From Camelus ferus (lineage: Eukaryota): a stretch of DNA of 64,000 nucleotides. The translations under genes were made by a program, and so were the position numbers. The DNA lies in the NCBI RefSeq assembly GCF_009834535.1, contig NC_045696.1:43836001-43900000 (forward strand). Direction: 5' to 3'. This document shows, piece after piece, positions 1 through 10,649 of this stretch. Position 1 is the stretch's first letter; each line of letters starts with the position of its first letter. The notes under the pieces are model-generated. The model saw only the letters and a list, made by a program, of their open reading frames with translations. It was not told the DNA's origin and ran no database searches.

Positions 1-1342
1 AGTTTGTGGAAAATAAACATGGTATTTTGGGACCCTTGAAAATGTAATACAAACTATGTAATTATCAAGGTATAACATGTAGATGTTTCATAAACAAATT
101 ACCTCACTTTTGTGTGACTTACATGCATCATTTAGGGATGAAGGATGTTAAAATCAAACCAGAGTACATCCTAATACAGCAAGAAACAACCTGGGAAGCT
201 GTGCAGAGTCCTGCACTACTCCATGCTTCTTCACCTATGTCTCACATTTACTGTTATTTCTGAAATGTTGAAATTATTAGTAAATTTTGACATTAGCTAA
301 GAGCTCCCATTTTGGTGGAATTTTAATGATCCCAGGTTGTGAGTTATCTCAGGGTGTCAATCTGGTTTGAAGGAGGGAATTGTAAGATTTGTTTTGAACC
401 TACACAAGCAAAGCAATTACTCCGTATTTATCTAGATTGTATATTTGGGGGGATTGTAATGGAAGGATTAATACAGATTATGGACTTAATACTCCAAGCC
501 ATCCACTTTTTGGCACTATCACTGTAGTGTAAACAGTGTAAATATCTAAGAGATAAGTAAACCTTATTTGTAAATAGGTACGTATCAATTACTTGGGAGG
601 AAGAGATGAGACTAGTCACTTTTCATTTCCTGTGCCATTTTTATTACTATACTAGGTCACTAGGTGGGCCTATGAAGATATTCAGTAAATAAATGGCATA
701 CATGAATTTATATTTTAGGTAAATATATCCTGTCCTTGATGTAGAGAATAATTTGGAGAAGAGCATACACTGAGGTAAAGAGAATAGCTGGCAGGGTTGG
801 GTGTTGGGGACTGTATTTATTGAGGGGAAAATTGATGCAGGATTTACATATGGTAGGAATGAGAGGTGCAGAGATACTTTGAAAGGAATGGCAATCTATT
901 GCATGTCAGGAATTATAGATAAGGATACAATTTAGGATGAATGTAATTATGTGTTTTCTATAAGTAGTATTTGTACACTAGAGAGAAAAGAATTATAAGA
1001 AGAATTCTAGAATACCACAGCTTGTCTTCCCCCCCCCCCACATAGTTCATTGGTATAGAGAACCGTGAGGAGGGTATTAGAAGATCTGCCCTCAATCCAA
1101 TGGAATTAGTCTATGTGAATGTCTCCTAAACATCATATGACATGACCTGTTCACATCAAGCTTTTCTTTGGCTGCAAAGTAGATACTACCAGCAACCAAA
1201 CAGAATGTGAGCTATTTTAAACTACATCAATCACTTATGTTGGCAAGTGCCTAAAAAATAAACATATATGAGAAACCAAAGCATAAGGAGAAGGCACATC
1301 ATCTTAAAGAGTCAGAGGAAATTCATTTCAAGAATATAATAT

Positions 1343-3065
1343 CAAAAAACAGGGAGCTTTAGTATAAACAAAGGTCCTGGGGAACAGAGAGGACCCAAGA
1401 GGCTTCTATAATTTAACACTCTGAAAGCACAGACAGTAGTAGCAAAAGTGTACCCCATCTCTGCTCTGCCCACTGGACAGAGAGGTGCACACTGCAGAGA
1501 GCTGGGGAATGACCAGTCATATGCTGGGGACGGGGAAGACGCTAACTCTGGCACAGGCAGAGGAAAGGGTCAATGGTTGTGCCTGTGAGTGGGGACAAGA
1601 TGAGGCCCCATTGTTGCTGCATATCCCCTTGTCTCTGTGGGAGCCAGTATGGGAATCTTCTGCCCACTCTCCAAATCTGTGCAGGGTGGAGACCCTAGCA
1701 GTTCATGGACCATGGTTAATCTTGTTAATGAGTTAATCAGTGAGGTCAGTGGGGAGGATTAGGCAAGGGGTGGGGGTCCCCGACATTCATGCCTTCACAT
1801 CACAATGCCTTGAGGACTTACCTGGTTGGGAGACGTCCCCTACCACATACTTGCTGGGTGACCTGGCCAACTTCCTTCTCCTGCCGAGGCCTCGTCTCAT
1901 CTGTGGAAGCCTTGCTCGGCTGGCCCAGCTGCAGATGAGGGCCTCCCAGCGGGCTGTGGCCATGCAGTCCTCCAGGAAGAGAGCTGGGGCTGCCCCTGGG
2001 CCATCTTACTGCCCACCAGGGTACTAGCACCAGCACCTCAGGGATACACTGGTGCAGCGCTGTGCGCAGCGCTTGGGCTGGGGCCACTGGGCCTCAGAGG
2101 ACCCGGCCTCTCGGCTTGTCCTCACTGTCCCTGCTCCCAAAGCCGCCCTGACTGGTGTGGCTCCGGCAGAGGGTGAATAAGAACTGCAGCTCTGCCTCTG
2201 TGTCTGTGCTGTCCACGGGGTGCGGGGCTGTTCGAGCAGGAGTAGGAGCAGAACTCGCTGGGGGGCAGGGCGGGAGTTACCCTGCAGGCGCCGCTGCTCC
2301 AGGGCTATGAGCGCGCAGGTGCGCGCGTCGGAGAGAATAAGGCGCATGCGCAGAGGCCTGCGTGCCCTGCCGCCAGGCGCTGACGGAACCCGGCTTGGCT
2401 GAGGGGAGAAGGCGGTCGGCCTCTTGTCAGCAGCTTCGGGGCCCTCCTCTGCCTCTCTCCTCCACTTGCTCACTGCTGGCTGCCGCCGACCACTCAGCCC
2501 CGGTGAAGCAGAGGTCCAAGGCCACAGCTTTGACCCAGGACCCGTGACTGTGGCGTAAGGCACTACTCGGCCTTCAGTGAAGGACCACACGGTGACCAGG
2601 TAATCTTTGCCATCCAGTCAGCACATAGCGGCAGTCAAGGTTCCAGAACAAGCAGAGCAGGTCCCTCAAGTAACTCTTTATGAGCCCAGCGGGAATGGAG
2701 TGTAAGTGGGGACAAGCCTGCAGCCGCTTTGGCTGACACAGGCTAGGCGCAAGCAGTGGGCTGAGAAGGCCGACTTGTGCAGTGGGTCACAGGGACCCTT
2801 GCTCTTGGCAGTGTAAACAGGGAAGCCCTGACCCTGCGTCAGCAGGTACTGGGGCTGGCGCAGGTGCATAGGTGCTTTCCTGATGTCTATATCACCTTGG
2901 TCTTGTCAATTAGCCATTAATCATTGAGTGCTGTGCTGGTGTCCTTCTTGATGAGATTCAAGTATTGCATTTGGCCAGTGGAGAACCCCACCAGGAGGGA
3001 GATGATCCTTGTGACATCAGTAAACTGGCCGAAGTCTTGGCAGGTGGGCTGGTGCCCTTATAGAT
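1343..3065 (-). pseudogene. DMWD: Processed (retro) pseudogene of DMWD, 5'-truncated, with frameshifts, stops and internal deletions; includes 3' UTR
   Basis: Minus-strand translation gives IYKGT/QPTCQDFGQFTDVTRIISLLVGFSTGQMQYLNLIKKDTS, LIDKTKV, PQYLLTQGQGFPVYTAKSK, GLIKSYLRDLLCLFW, LVTVWSFTEGRVV, LFLEDC...LICSWA, GEGSWP...SPSKYVV...SQPG, with a stop near 1795-1797. These are collinear with DMWD; QFT/QYL/KKDTS favour DMWD over its paralog WDR20. No introns. Possible ACTAAA poly(A)-signal variant at 1358-1363. Confidence 0.93.
2160..2600. promoter_or_regulatory. CpG-island-like segment inside the DMWD retrocopy, with NRF1 palindrome and GC box
   Basis: About 30 CpGs counted by eye in ~430 bp, versus very few in the outer parts of the same retrocopy. 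GCGCATGCGC at 2342-2351; GGGCGGGAG at 2268-2276. Confidence 0.55.
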
Positions 3066-3069
3066 GATA

Positions 3070-6000
3070 TAAATAATGCAAAAAGATACTGATGACTTTC
3101 CTTAAAATAAGAACAGATACCCATAAGGAGAAATACTAGAATGAATGAATGACTCTCAAAGAGACTGATAATTGAGATAATTTTCTTCAGAGATTAAAAA
3201 AGAAGATATAAAGAAAACTCAGGGAAATAAAAAGGCATTATAAGAAAACTCAAATTTCATAAGCAATATGGCCATGCTAAAGTTAAGAAAATTCTTAGTA
3301 ACAGCATGTAAGATTAAAAATTTTGCTCATACTGGAGAGAAGGAAGTGAAAATGAAAATTATGAAAGAGATAATAAATACAAAAGCTATCCCATCTATAG
3401 TAGTAATTACTCAGACAGCAGAGCGTTGTCAATAATATTTTAAAAGTTTATAACTCAAAAGTGTAAAAATAACTCATCCTTTTGGAAATGTTAAAAAATT
3501 ATTTTTTGTAAAATAAAACATTATTTAAAGTAGTACTCCATCTCACCCTTAGACTAAATTATAAACTCAAGAATGAAATAGTGTGACCAAAAAATAATAC
3601 CTTCACTAAACAGTGAAATGGCATAAATCAAGAAAAATCTAAAAGAAGTTATACATAAAAAGATAAATTTAATTTAATTCCTAAAAACAGTATACAGTAA
3701 AAATGCTGTGAAATGATGACCCAAAGAACTTACATGAACAAAAACTAATTGAGCAGTCTAATGATTAACTAAAATCAAATTAACCTAAAGTCGTTCCTAT
3801 GCAGGGAGAAATTAGAATACAATAATTAAAGAAATATAAGTAAAAGCAGAGTTTTCAAATACAGAGAGAGTGAATTAAGAGCAGAAGGTATACTTCTCAA
3901 ATGTATCCAATAGTAAAGAAAGCAAACTGATGACCACGCAGAAGAAAATAGAAAACCAAGCAGAATAAAATAGAAAATAAAGCAACAGCAAAATTACATA
4001 AACATGAAAATCATAAACATAAAGGCATTAGTACATTATTAACATACACATAAATACGTAAAATTTTATCACTATTAATCTTTTTCAGATTGTATAGTTT
4101 TATATTTGCATAGTACTAAAAATTCTGGAGCAAAGTAAGTGCTCAATACTTAATAGAGATGATGATGACAATGGTGATTGTTCTATGATGCTTTTAAAAA
4201 GTACACGTAGCACGGGGAAATATATACAAGATCTTGTAGTAGCTCACAGTGAAAAAGAATATGAAAAAGAATATATGTATATTCGTGTATGACTGAAAAA
4301 TTGTGCTGTGCACTAGAAATTGACACAACATTGTAAACTGACTATAACTCAATTAAAAAATAAAATTAAATAAAAAATTAAAAGAACACCTAATATATAT
4401 ACGCTAATATGTATCATATATGAAAAATAAAATGGAAACAATTATAAACTAAGGCAAAACACAGATGTGTAATGAATAAGAGAGCATGATGTTTTACATT
4501 AATTGATGCTTCAGTTTTGAGGATTTTTTTTTCTGAGTTTCTAATTTCTGTTTGGCATGTCTACTATTCAGAGAAAAGACTAATGGAAAACAGGTGGATA
4601 GAAAAGTCAGTTATTTAATCTGTCTTTCAAAAGCCAAAGCCCTTAGTGTACCAGAAAGGTTTTTAGGACATAAGCAATAAATTATTAAAAAAAAAATTCT
4701 AATGAGCCAGAGCTTCTCTAACTCAAGAATATGTAGAGGTTTCTTATTCTGGAGAGGAGAAACTGGGGTCCCTGAGGTATAGAACATACTAATGAGAGAA
4801 GTGGTAGAACTCTCATGATTTTCTGGGATTTAAGAGTGAGGAACATCTCTGCAGCACTTTCTGGGCTGGACTGGTAGCTGTATCAACATTCAATGGAAGA
4901 AACAGTTCTCTAATGTAAAAGGCCCTCAAGTTCACTGAATTTTCTAACTCTCAGTGCCGTGTAACGACTGATGATTTCAGTATGCCCAATATGCCTTAAG
5001 AACCAAAATGCCTTCTAGATCTATAGAAATTGCTACAGGGAACCAAGATGATTCAGTAGCAATATGCAGTGGTACAGTGACACAAACTCAAATGGTCAGT
5101 GGCTTTCTAAGTGATGTCAATGTAGAAAAACACCTAGCAAGAATGAAAAATCCAGTGTTTCTCACTCTATATCTTAATAAAGTCTTGACATTATATAAGT
5201 TATCTTGGAGAAGTGTTGAAGGCACCCATATTGATGGAGCCCAATGCTGATTTGGATTAAGTTTTGATATCTGGGAAAGATGAGGACTCAGAATAGAAAT
5301 TGAGTTGAGTTTCCAAAAATTCAAAAGCAGAAAGTTCTCATTCTGTATATTTGAATCTCTGAAATGAAATGTTGTATCAACAGTAATTATATAAAGATAT
5401 ATGAATATTTGTATGCTTAATCATGTTATACCAAATTAATAAATGTGAATTATTAAATGTATCAAAGATATAATTATTTACCCATAAAACCCAAGGCAAT
5501 CAGCAAAAAAATGAATAAAATTGATGAACTTATAAATAAAAAATTTAAACACTTTCTAATTTACCAATAACAAGATAAAAAAATATGAACATTTAAAGTT
5601 GCCTCAGGAAAACAGTTTTGAAGTACTTAGAAATAATTTTAATGAGAATATCATATGATTTAAAGAATATTTGAATAAACAAAAAGATAGAATATATGTC
5701 ATAAGTATAAAGACATAATTACTTCACAGATTAAAGTATAAATATTACTGTAAAAGTAAAAAGCCAAAGGGAATAAATTAAGAAAGTCATAAACTTAATA
5801 AAGTACTTTATAAGGTTTGTCAAATACAAAATAAAAACTGTAAAATCAGTATAATTCATATGTAGAAAAGTAACCAGGTAGAAGTTATAATTTTTAAAAA
5901 TCCAATTTAATAATAGAATAAAGCAAGATGTCCAGAAAACAAGAGTAATAATTTTGATTTCAGAGAGAAAGAATTATGAAAACGATGATGATAAATTAGA

Positions 6001-6580
6001 TTGCAAAAAGAAGATTCCTATTTTCTTCCATTGAATGTATGAATGAAAGATAAAATCATGCTCTCAAATTTCCAGTCATAAGTAGGATGGGGAATCTTGG
6101 GGCAGACCAACCAACATTACGTCTGAGAACAACTAGAAAATATGAATAAATTACAGAAATTATTTAGGTTAATAGGCACCAATCTAGAATTATATCCTTC
6201 TCCCAAAAATATATTTCCCCCTCCCCCCCAAAAAAAGAAAAGATGCCCCTCAACAATGGGAAAGGTAAATAGTGAGTAAATATAAATGAATATTGAGTAT
6301 CTAAAATAATTATTTTAATATCTTGTCCTTTAAAATGTATGCAAACAGACATCATAAAACAAAAAGAGAAGAGGTAAATATGTTTAAAGGATCTAAAGTT
6401 CTGACAATATTAAGGGGTGGTAAAGTGAAATAATTTATTATATAGCAATAAGTTATACAGTAATAATTCAAGTCATATTTTAAATTAATCACTAAAAGTA
6501 AGAAAAGTAATAATTTATTAAAGGAAAAGCACAGAAATATATGATTAATTTAAATTAAACTGAGGAAGTAAAAGAAACAG
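3070..6580 (+). mobile_element. Highly decayed old L1M/HAL1-like fragments (discontinuous)
   Basis: A-rich plus-strand sequence with L1-like phrases (e.g. tacccataaaacccaaggcaatcagc near 5480, a relic of the ORF2 YLENP region). No ORF. Confidence 0.5.
4207..4380 (+). mobile_element. Short 3'-end fragment of a young camelid-type L1
   Basis: Matches the 3' UTR of the L1 at 10650-13478 (tagcac.gggaaatat...gacacaacattgtaaa), has an A-rich tail and a near-perfect TSD aaaagtacac/aaaagaacac. Confidence 0.85.
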
Positions 6581-6584
6581 TAAT

Positions 6585-6837
6585 GTGATGAACCAACCAT
6601 AGTAGCTGTAGCACTTCTCGTTAAGTAGAATATTAGTCCCAGGTTTCTGGGCAGGAAAGAGAGAGAGCTAGAGAGAGAGAAAGACAAAGTGAACCTTGCT
6701 ACATGGCCCCAGTCATGCCATTGAAACCTCTAGGATTTATGAGTAATAAACCTTGTCTCTTTCAAGACAAGGTGGTTATTGCTGACAGTGTCTTGCAATC
6801 ATAATAAGTACTGCAAGTACTAGTCCAGCTCACAACA
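6585..6837 (+). mobile_element. Putative ancient LTR fragment (ERVL-type)
   Basis: TG...CA termini, AATAAA at ~6745, followed by ttgg. Family not identified. Confidence 0.35.
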
Positions 6838-6939
6838 TTGGTCATTGGTTTCAAAAGGGGAATGCGGGCTCAGGTGAGTGCCCCCAGGCATATTATCTCT
6901 ATCCATAGGATGAAGACATTTCCACACTGTGGGGAAAGG

Positions 6940-7790
6940 AGAAGGAACCCAGGTAGATCCTAACCAACCCCCCTCAATAGATGTCAAAGAGCTAAGTGTC
7001 CAGGGATGTCCAGGCAGCTAGATGGCTAGACTTCACAGGGCAGAGAACCAGAGAAGAGAGAACTGCTTACAGAAGAAAGTCTGGAGCTCTGCCAAGGATC
7101 CTTGTGGAGGATTCAGCAGCATACTAGTGCATACATTACAGGGGAACTTCCTGAATTGAGGAAAAGAACCATCCAAAAAGGTTAGGGAGACCTGTATTTG
7201 AAACTTTCAAGAGCCTCAGGATAGTGCCTGTTCCTGCCCATGCAACCTCATAATGCACAAGACATTGGGTAGAGCATTCAGAAGTGTCCTGCCTGCATGA
7301 TGGAGATGATCATCACTGACGAAGTGGTGCTCTGGTTTGGTGACGATGCAAATAATTGGATATCTTATACCTTGCTGATGTTAGCAAATTATATCCACGT
7401 TGGAAAACTCTTTGGAATATCAACTAAGCTGAATATGTGCTTACTCTATGACTTAGCAATTTCATGTTTAGATTAATATCCAGAAGAAATGTGTACAAAT
7501 GTTTACCACACAACATATATAAGAATTTTCATACCAGTGCTATTCATATTAACTGAAAACTGGAAATTACACAAACAAAAGAATGGATTTTTGTATTCAT
7601 ACACTGTATAATACTGAAATGAATAAATTAAAACTACCTACACCACATGGATGAATTTTACAAGTATATTATTGAGTGAAAGAAGCAATAGATTGCAAAA
7701 TGTTTGTTATCATTTACATAAAGTTCCAACAGGCAAAATTATTTTATGATGTTTGAAGTCAAGGAAATCACTTTTTGACTTTTATCTCAA
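6940..7790 (+). mobile_element. Old L1M 5'-region and L1ME-type 3'-end fragments
   Basis: Typical L1M 3' phrases (gaatatgtgcttactctatgacttagcaatt; acatggatgaatttacaagtatattattgagtgaaagaagc). Confidence 0.6.
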
Positions 7791-9684
7791 TAAGTGTTCT
7801 GCTACCTCTTTTAGTGCTAGTTATATATGTGTGTGTGTGTATGTATACAGGAAGTCCCAGTAGCATCCTATAGAATCCTAGCTAATAATCACAATGTTGA
7901 AGAACTTAAAATGGCTCACAGAAGCCACACCTGATTCCCTTTCCTAGATAGGATCTTTGTATTTTTTTCTTTTTGATAAAACTCATCTTTCTCCAAATCA
8001 CTGCATTAGAATTTATCACATCTTCAACTGCCTTCTGGACAGAAACATCTGTATATCAAAAATCACATGTAACTCAAGAAATTCCAGAAATTAACTCATA
8101 CATGTATCTGCCAACAAGTTATCCCACTCATGTTCTATTCCAGCTACCATAAGATTTGAGAAACTTAAACTATAGAAAGAAGATTCTGTAAGATTTAAGT
8201 TGAAGGAAGAGACAAAGCTACATGCTAAGGAACTGGTGTTAATTGTAGCAATTCCTAGATCAGCCCTAAGAAGTTTTAAAATCAGTCAACAGTTCCCCTT
8301 TCTTTCTCCAAGGAGATCCAGCATCAACAATGATCTGTGTTCTCAGGCTAATTGCAAAAAACAATTCACTAAGGAAAATAAATACCTGTCCTGCTGGGTC
8401 ATGAGTGGGAAGCAGAGCAAAATGTGAAGCAAGTCTCAAAGGCGGTAAAGAAAAATTAAAAAGGCAGTCCTTTCAAGTAGGAAAATATTTTAAACTACTT
8501 TATTTTCAGAGTAACGTATTTTCTCTTTAATTTTACAAATATTGATTCATCCAACTTACCTTTCTATAAAACTTCAGCTAGTTGATAACGCTTGACTTCT
8601 TTTCATGGAATCATCCTTGAGGCTCTTATTCAAAGATTTTGAGAGATGCAGATGAAATCATGAAGACTACCTATTATAGTAGAGTACTTCATTTATCTGT
8701 GAAGAAAGCAGGAGGATAGAGAGAACCAAGATAGGGGTAACCAAACAAATGATTTCAGAGGAAACTGATCTAATTCTCCAAGCAGATGAGATATTAAAAG
8801 CAAATTGTGTCATTGGTAGAGATTTGAGAGATGTATAGTGCTTCCAAAACCAAAAATGGTCTACAGAAAAAATGAACAATCTGAGAACAACAAACGAAAT
8901 GAAATACATCATGGTTCAGTTTTTTTGTTATATGAATGTATGCATGAATAAATTAACAAGGGAGTGAATAATCTTAGCTTTATATCGACAGAAAGGATAA
9001 ATCTATGTGAGTTGCTGAACTACCTGTCTGAAAGAGATTGTTTTCCTTCTTGTGATTCACTGATATTTGTATTCCTTTATCTGGAAAAGTGAACATAACC
9101 TTGAGTTCCACTTCTGTGTTTAGCTTTTCATCTTCCTTTTTATGTTCTATGCCTTGGAAGTGACCAGCAATTTTCATTTCAATGAAGTCCTTTTCAAATA
9201 ACCTCCAATTTTATTTTTCCTGGTGGTGGCCTTTCTGGTTACTGTGTAACTTTGCTTTCACTATCTTTCTTACATAGTACATATTGTCTAACTATGAGAA
9301 AAATGTTCTTAAATTCCCTCTGATTCTGTAAGAAAAAAAGACAGCAATTATGCTCACTTTCCTTACTTCCAGGGCCTGGCCTAGCTCAATAAATTTCTCC
9401 ATGGATATTTTTCAACCAAGTCTTCTCAATTCCCACCATGCAGTCTTATAATGCAGTCTTACCAGAGCCTTATTTCACAGTTGAACAGATAGTGGCCTTG
9501 TTCATGTGACATGTCTATAAAAACAAAGAGATTTTATTGTATAATTAGAACTTACAACTCAGATTTGGTTTGTAAGTCAGGGCTGATTTTTTTTTCCCTC
9601 ACACTAGGCAGTTCATGTTCTTAATAGTCAGATGAGAAAACAACTCAAGGAAGATAAGTTGGTTTGCTAAAATGTGTGCAACTG

Positions 9685-9897
9685 TAGTGGACCCTTAAAT
9701 AACATGGGCTTTGGAGGGCTAACCCTCTGCTCAGTCGAAAATCCATGTATAACTTATAGTCAGCCCTCTGCATCCTTGGTTCCACATTCTTAGATGAAAT
9801 CACCCTTGGATCCTGTAGTATGGTATTTACTATTGAAAAAAATCCATGTGTAATTGGACCCGTATAGTTCAAGCCCATGGTGTTCAAGGGTCAGCTG
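9685..9897 (-). mobile_element. MER8-like TcMar-Tigger MITE
   Basis: Terminal inverted repeats (tagtggacccttaaataaca ... tgttcaagggtcagctg), TA on the right flank, and MER8-type internal sequence. Confidence 0.85.
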
Positions 9898-10254
9898 TAG
9901 TTTATGCTCAGTAAGGGGATAGGGCCTATTGAGAACACTCTAGATCATAAATGATCTATCCTATAAAATTAATAACCATCTACATCATCATTTCCAGTCT
10001 CCTTTTCACCCCATCACTCAAGTTCCATAAAGGTCAAAATAATTCATCTGGGAAGAGTAATGCTCAGGAAAATGTTGACCTTACATGCTTAAAACAAACA
10101 AACAAAAACTGAAACAACTTGTAATAGTATCATTTTGTTAATCTCTTGCTATGCCAAATGGGTGAATTAATTATTTGGATTTTAAAAACATACCACTTAT
10201 GCTTCCCCCAAAAAAGCACTAGTTAAATTTTTTTATTATATATTTATATTTTAT

Positions 10255-10512
10255 TATTGACTTATCCTTTACACATTTAATATGTGACAGACACTATTTT
10301 AAGGATTATACATATATTAATTTATTTAATTCTCATAACCATCTTGTGATATAGGTTTTATTATTATCCTCAATGTACAAAAAGGAAACTGATACATGGA
10401 CAAGTTAAGTAATCTCCATAGCTTACATTACCACTAAGTAAAAGAGCCAGGATTTGGAGCCAAGCTGTTTAGCTTCAAAATCCCTATTTTTAATAACTAT
10501 GCTATGTTGCCT
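10255..10512 (-). mobile_element. MIR SINE
   Basis: MIR core: attatcctcaatgtacaaaaaggaaactga...gttaagtaatc...agagccaggatttggagcc. Confidence 0.85.
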
Positions 10513-10649
10513 TTCAACTATGAATATCAAATATTTAAATGTAAAAAAAAAGGTGTTTCCAGGCTTTTAGCTTTCGTCACATATCTCTTGACATGATGAA
10601 ATGCAAATAAGGAGTATATTCTGATCTCAATATCACCCTCCATACAATA

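Noticed and set aside
2024..2590. 188 aa minus-strand ORF as a functional retrogene CDS
   Set aside because: Starts at GTG and is in the DMWD frame only for about 10 codons before frameshifting; its length is expected in GC-rich sequence.
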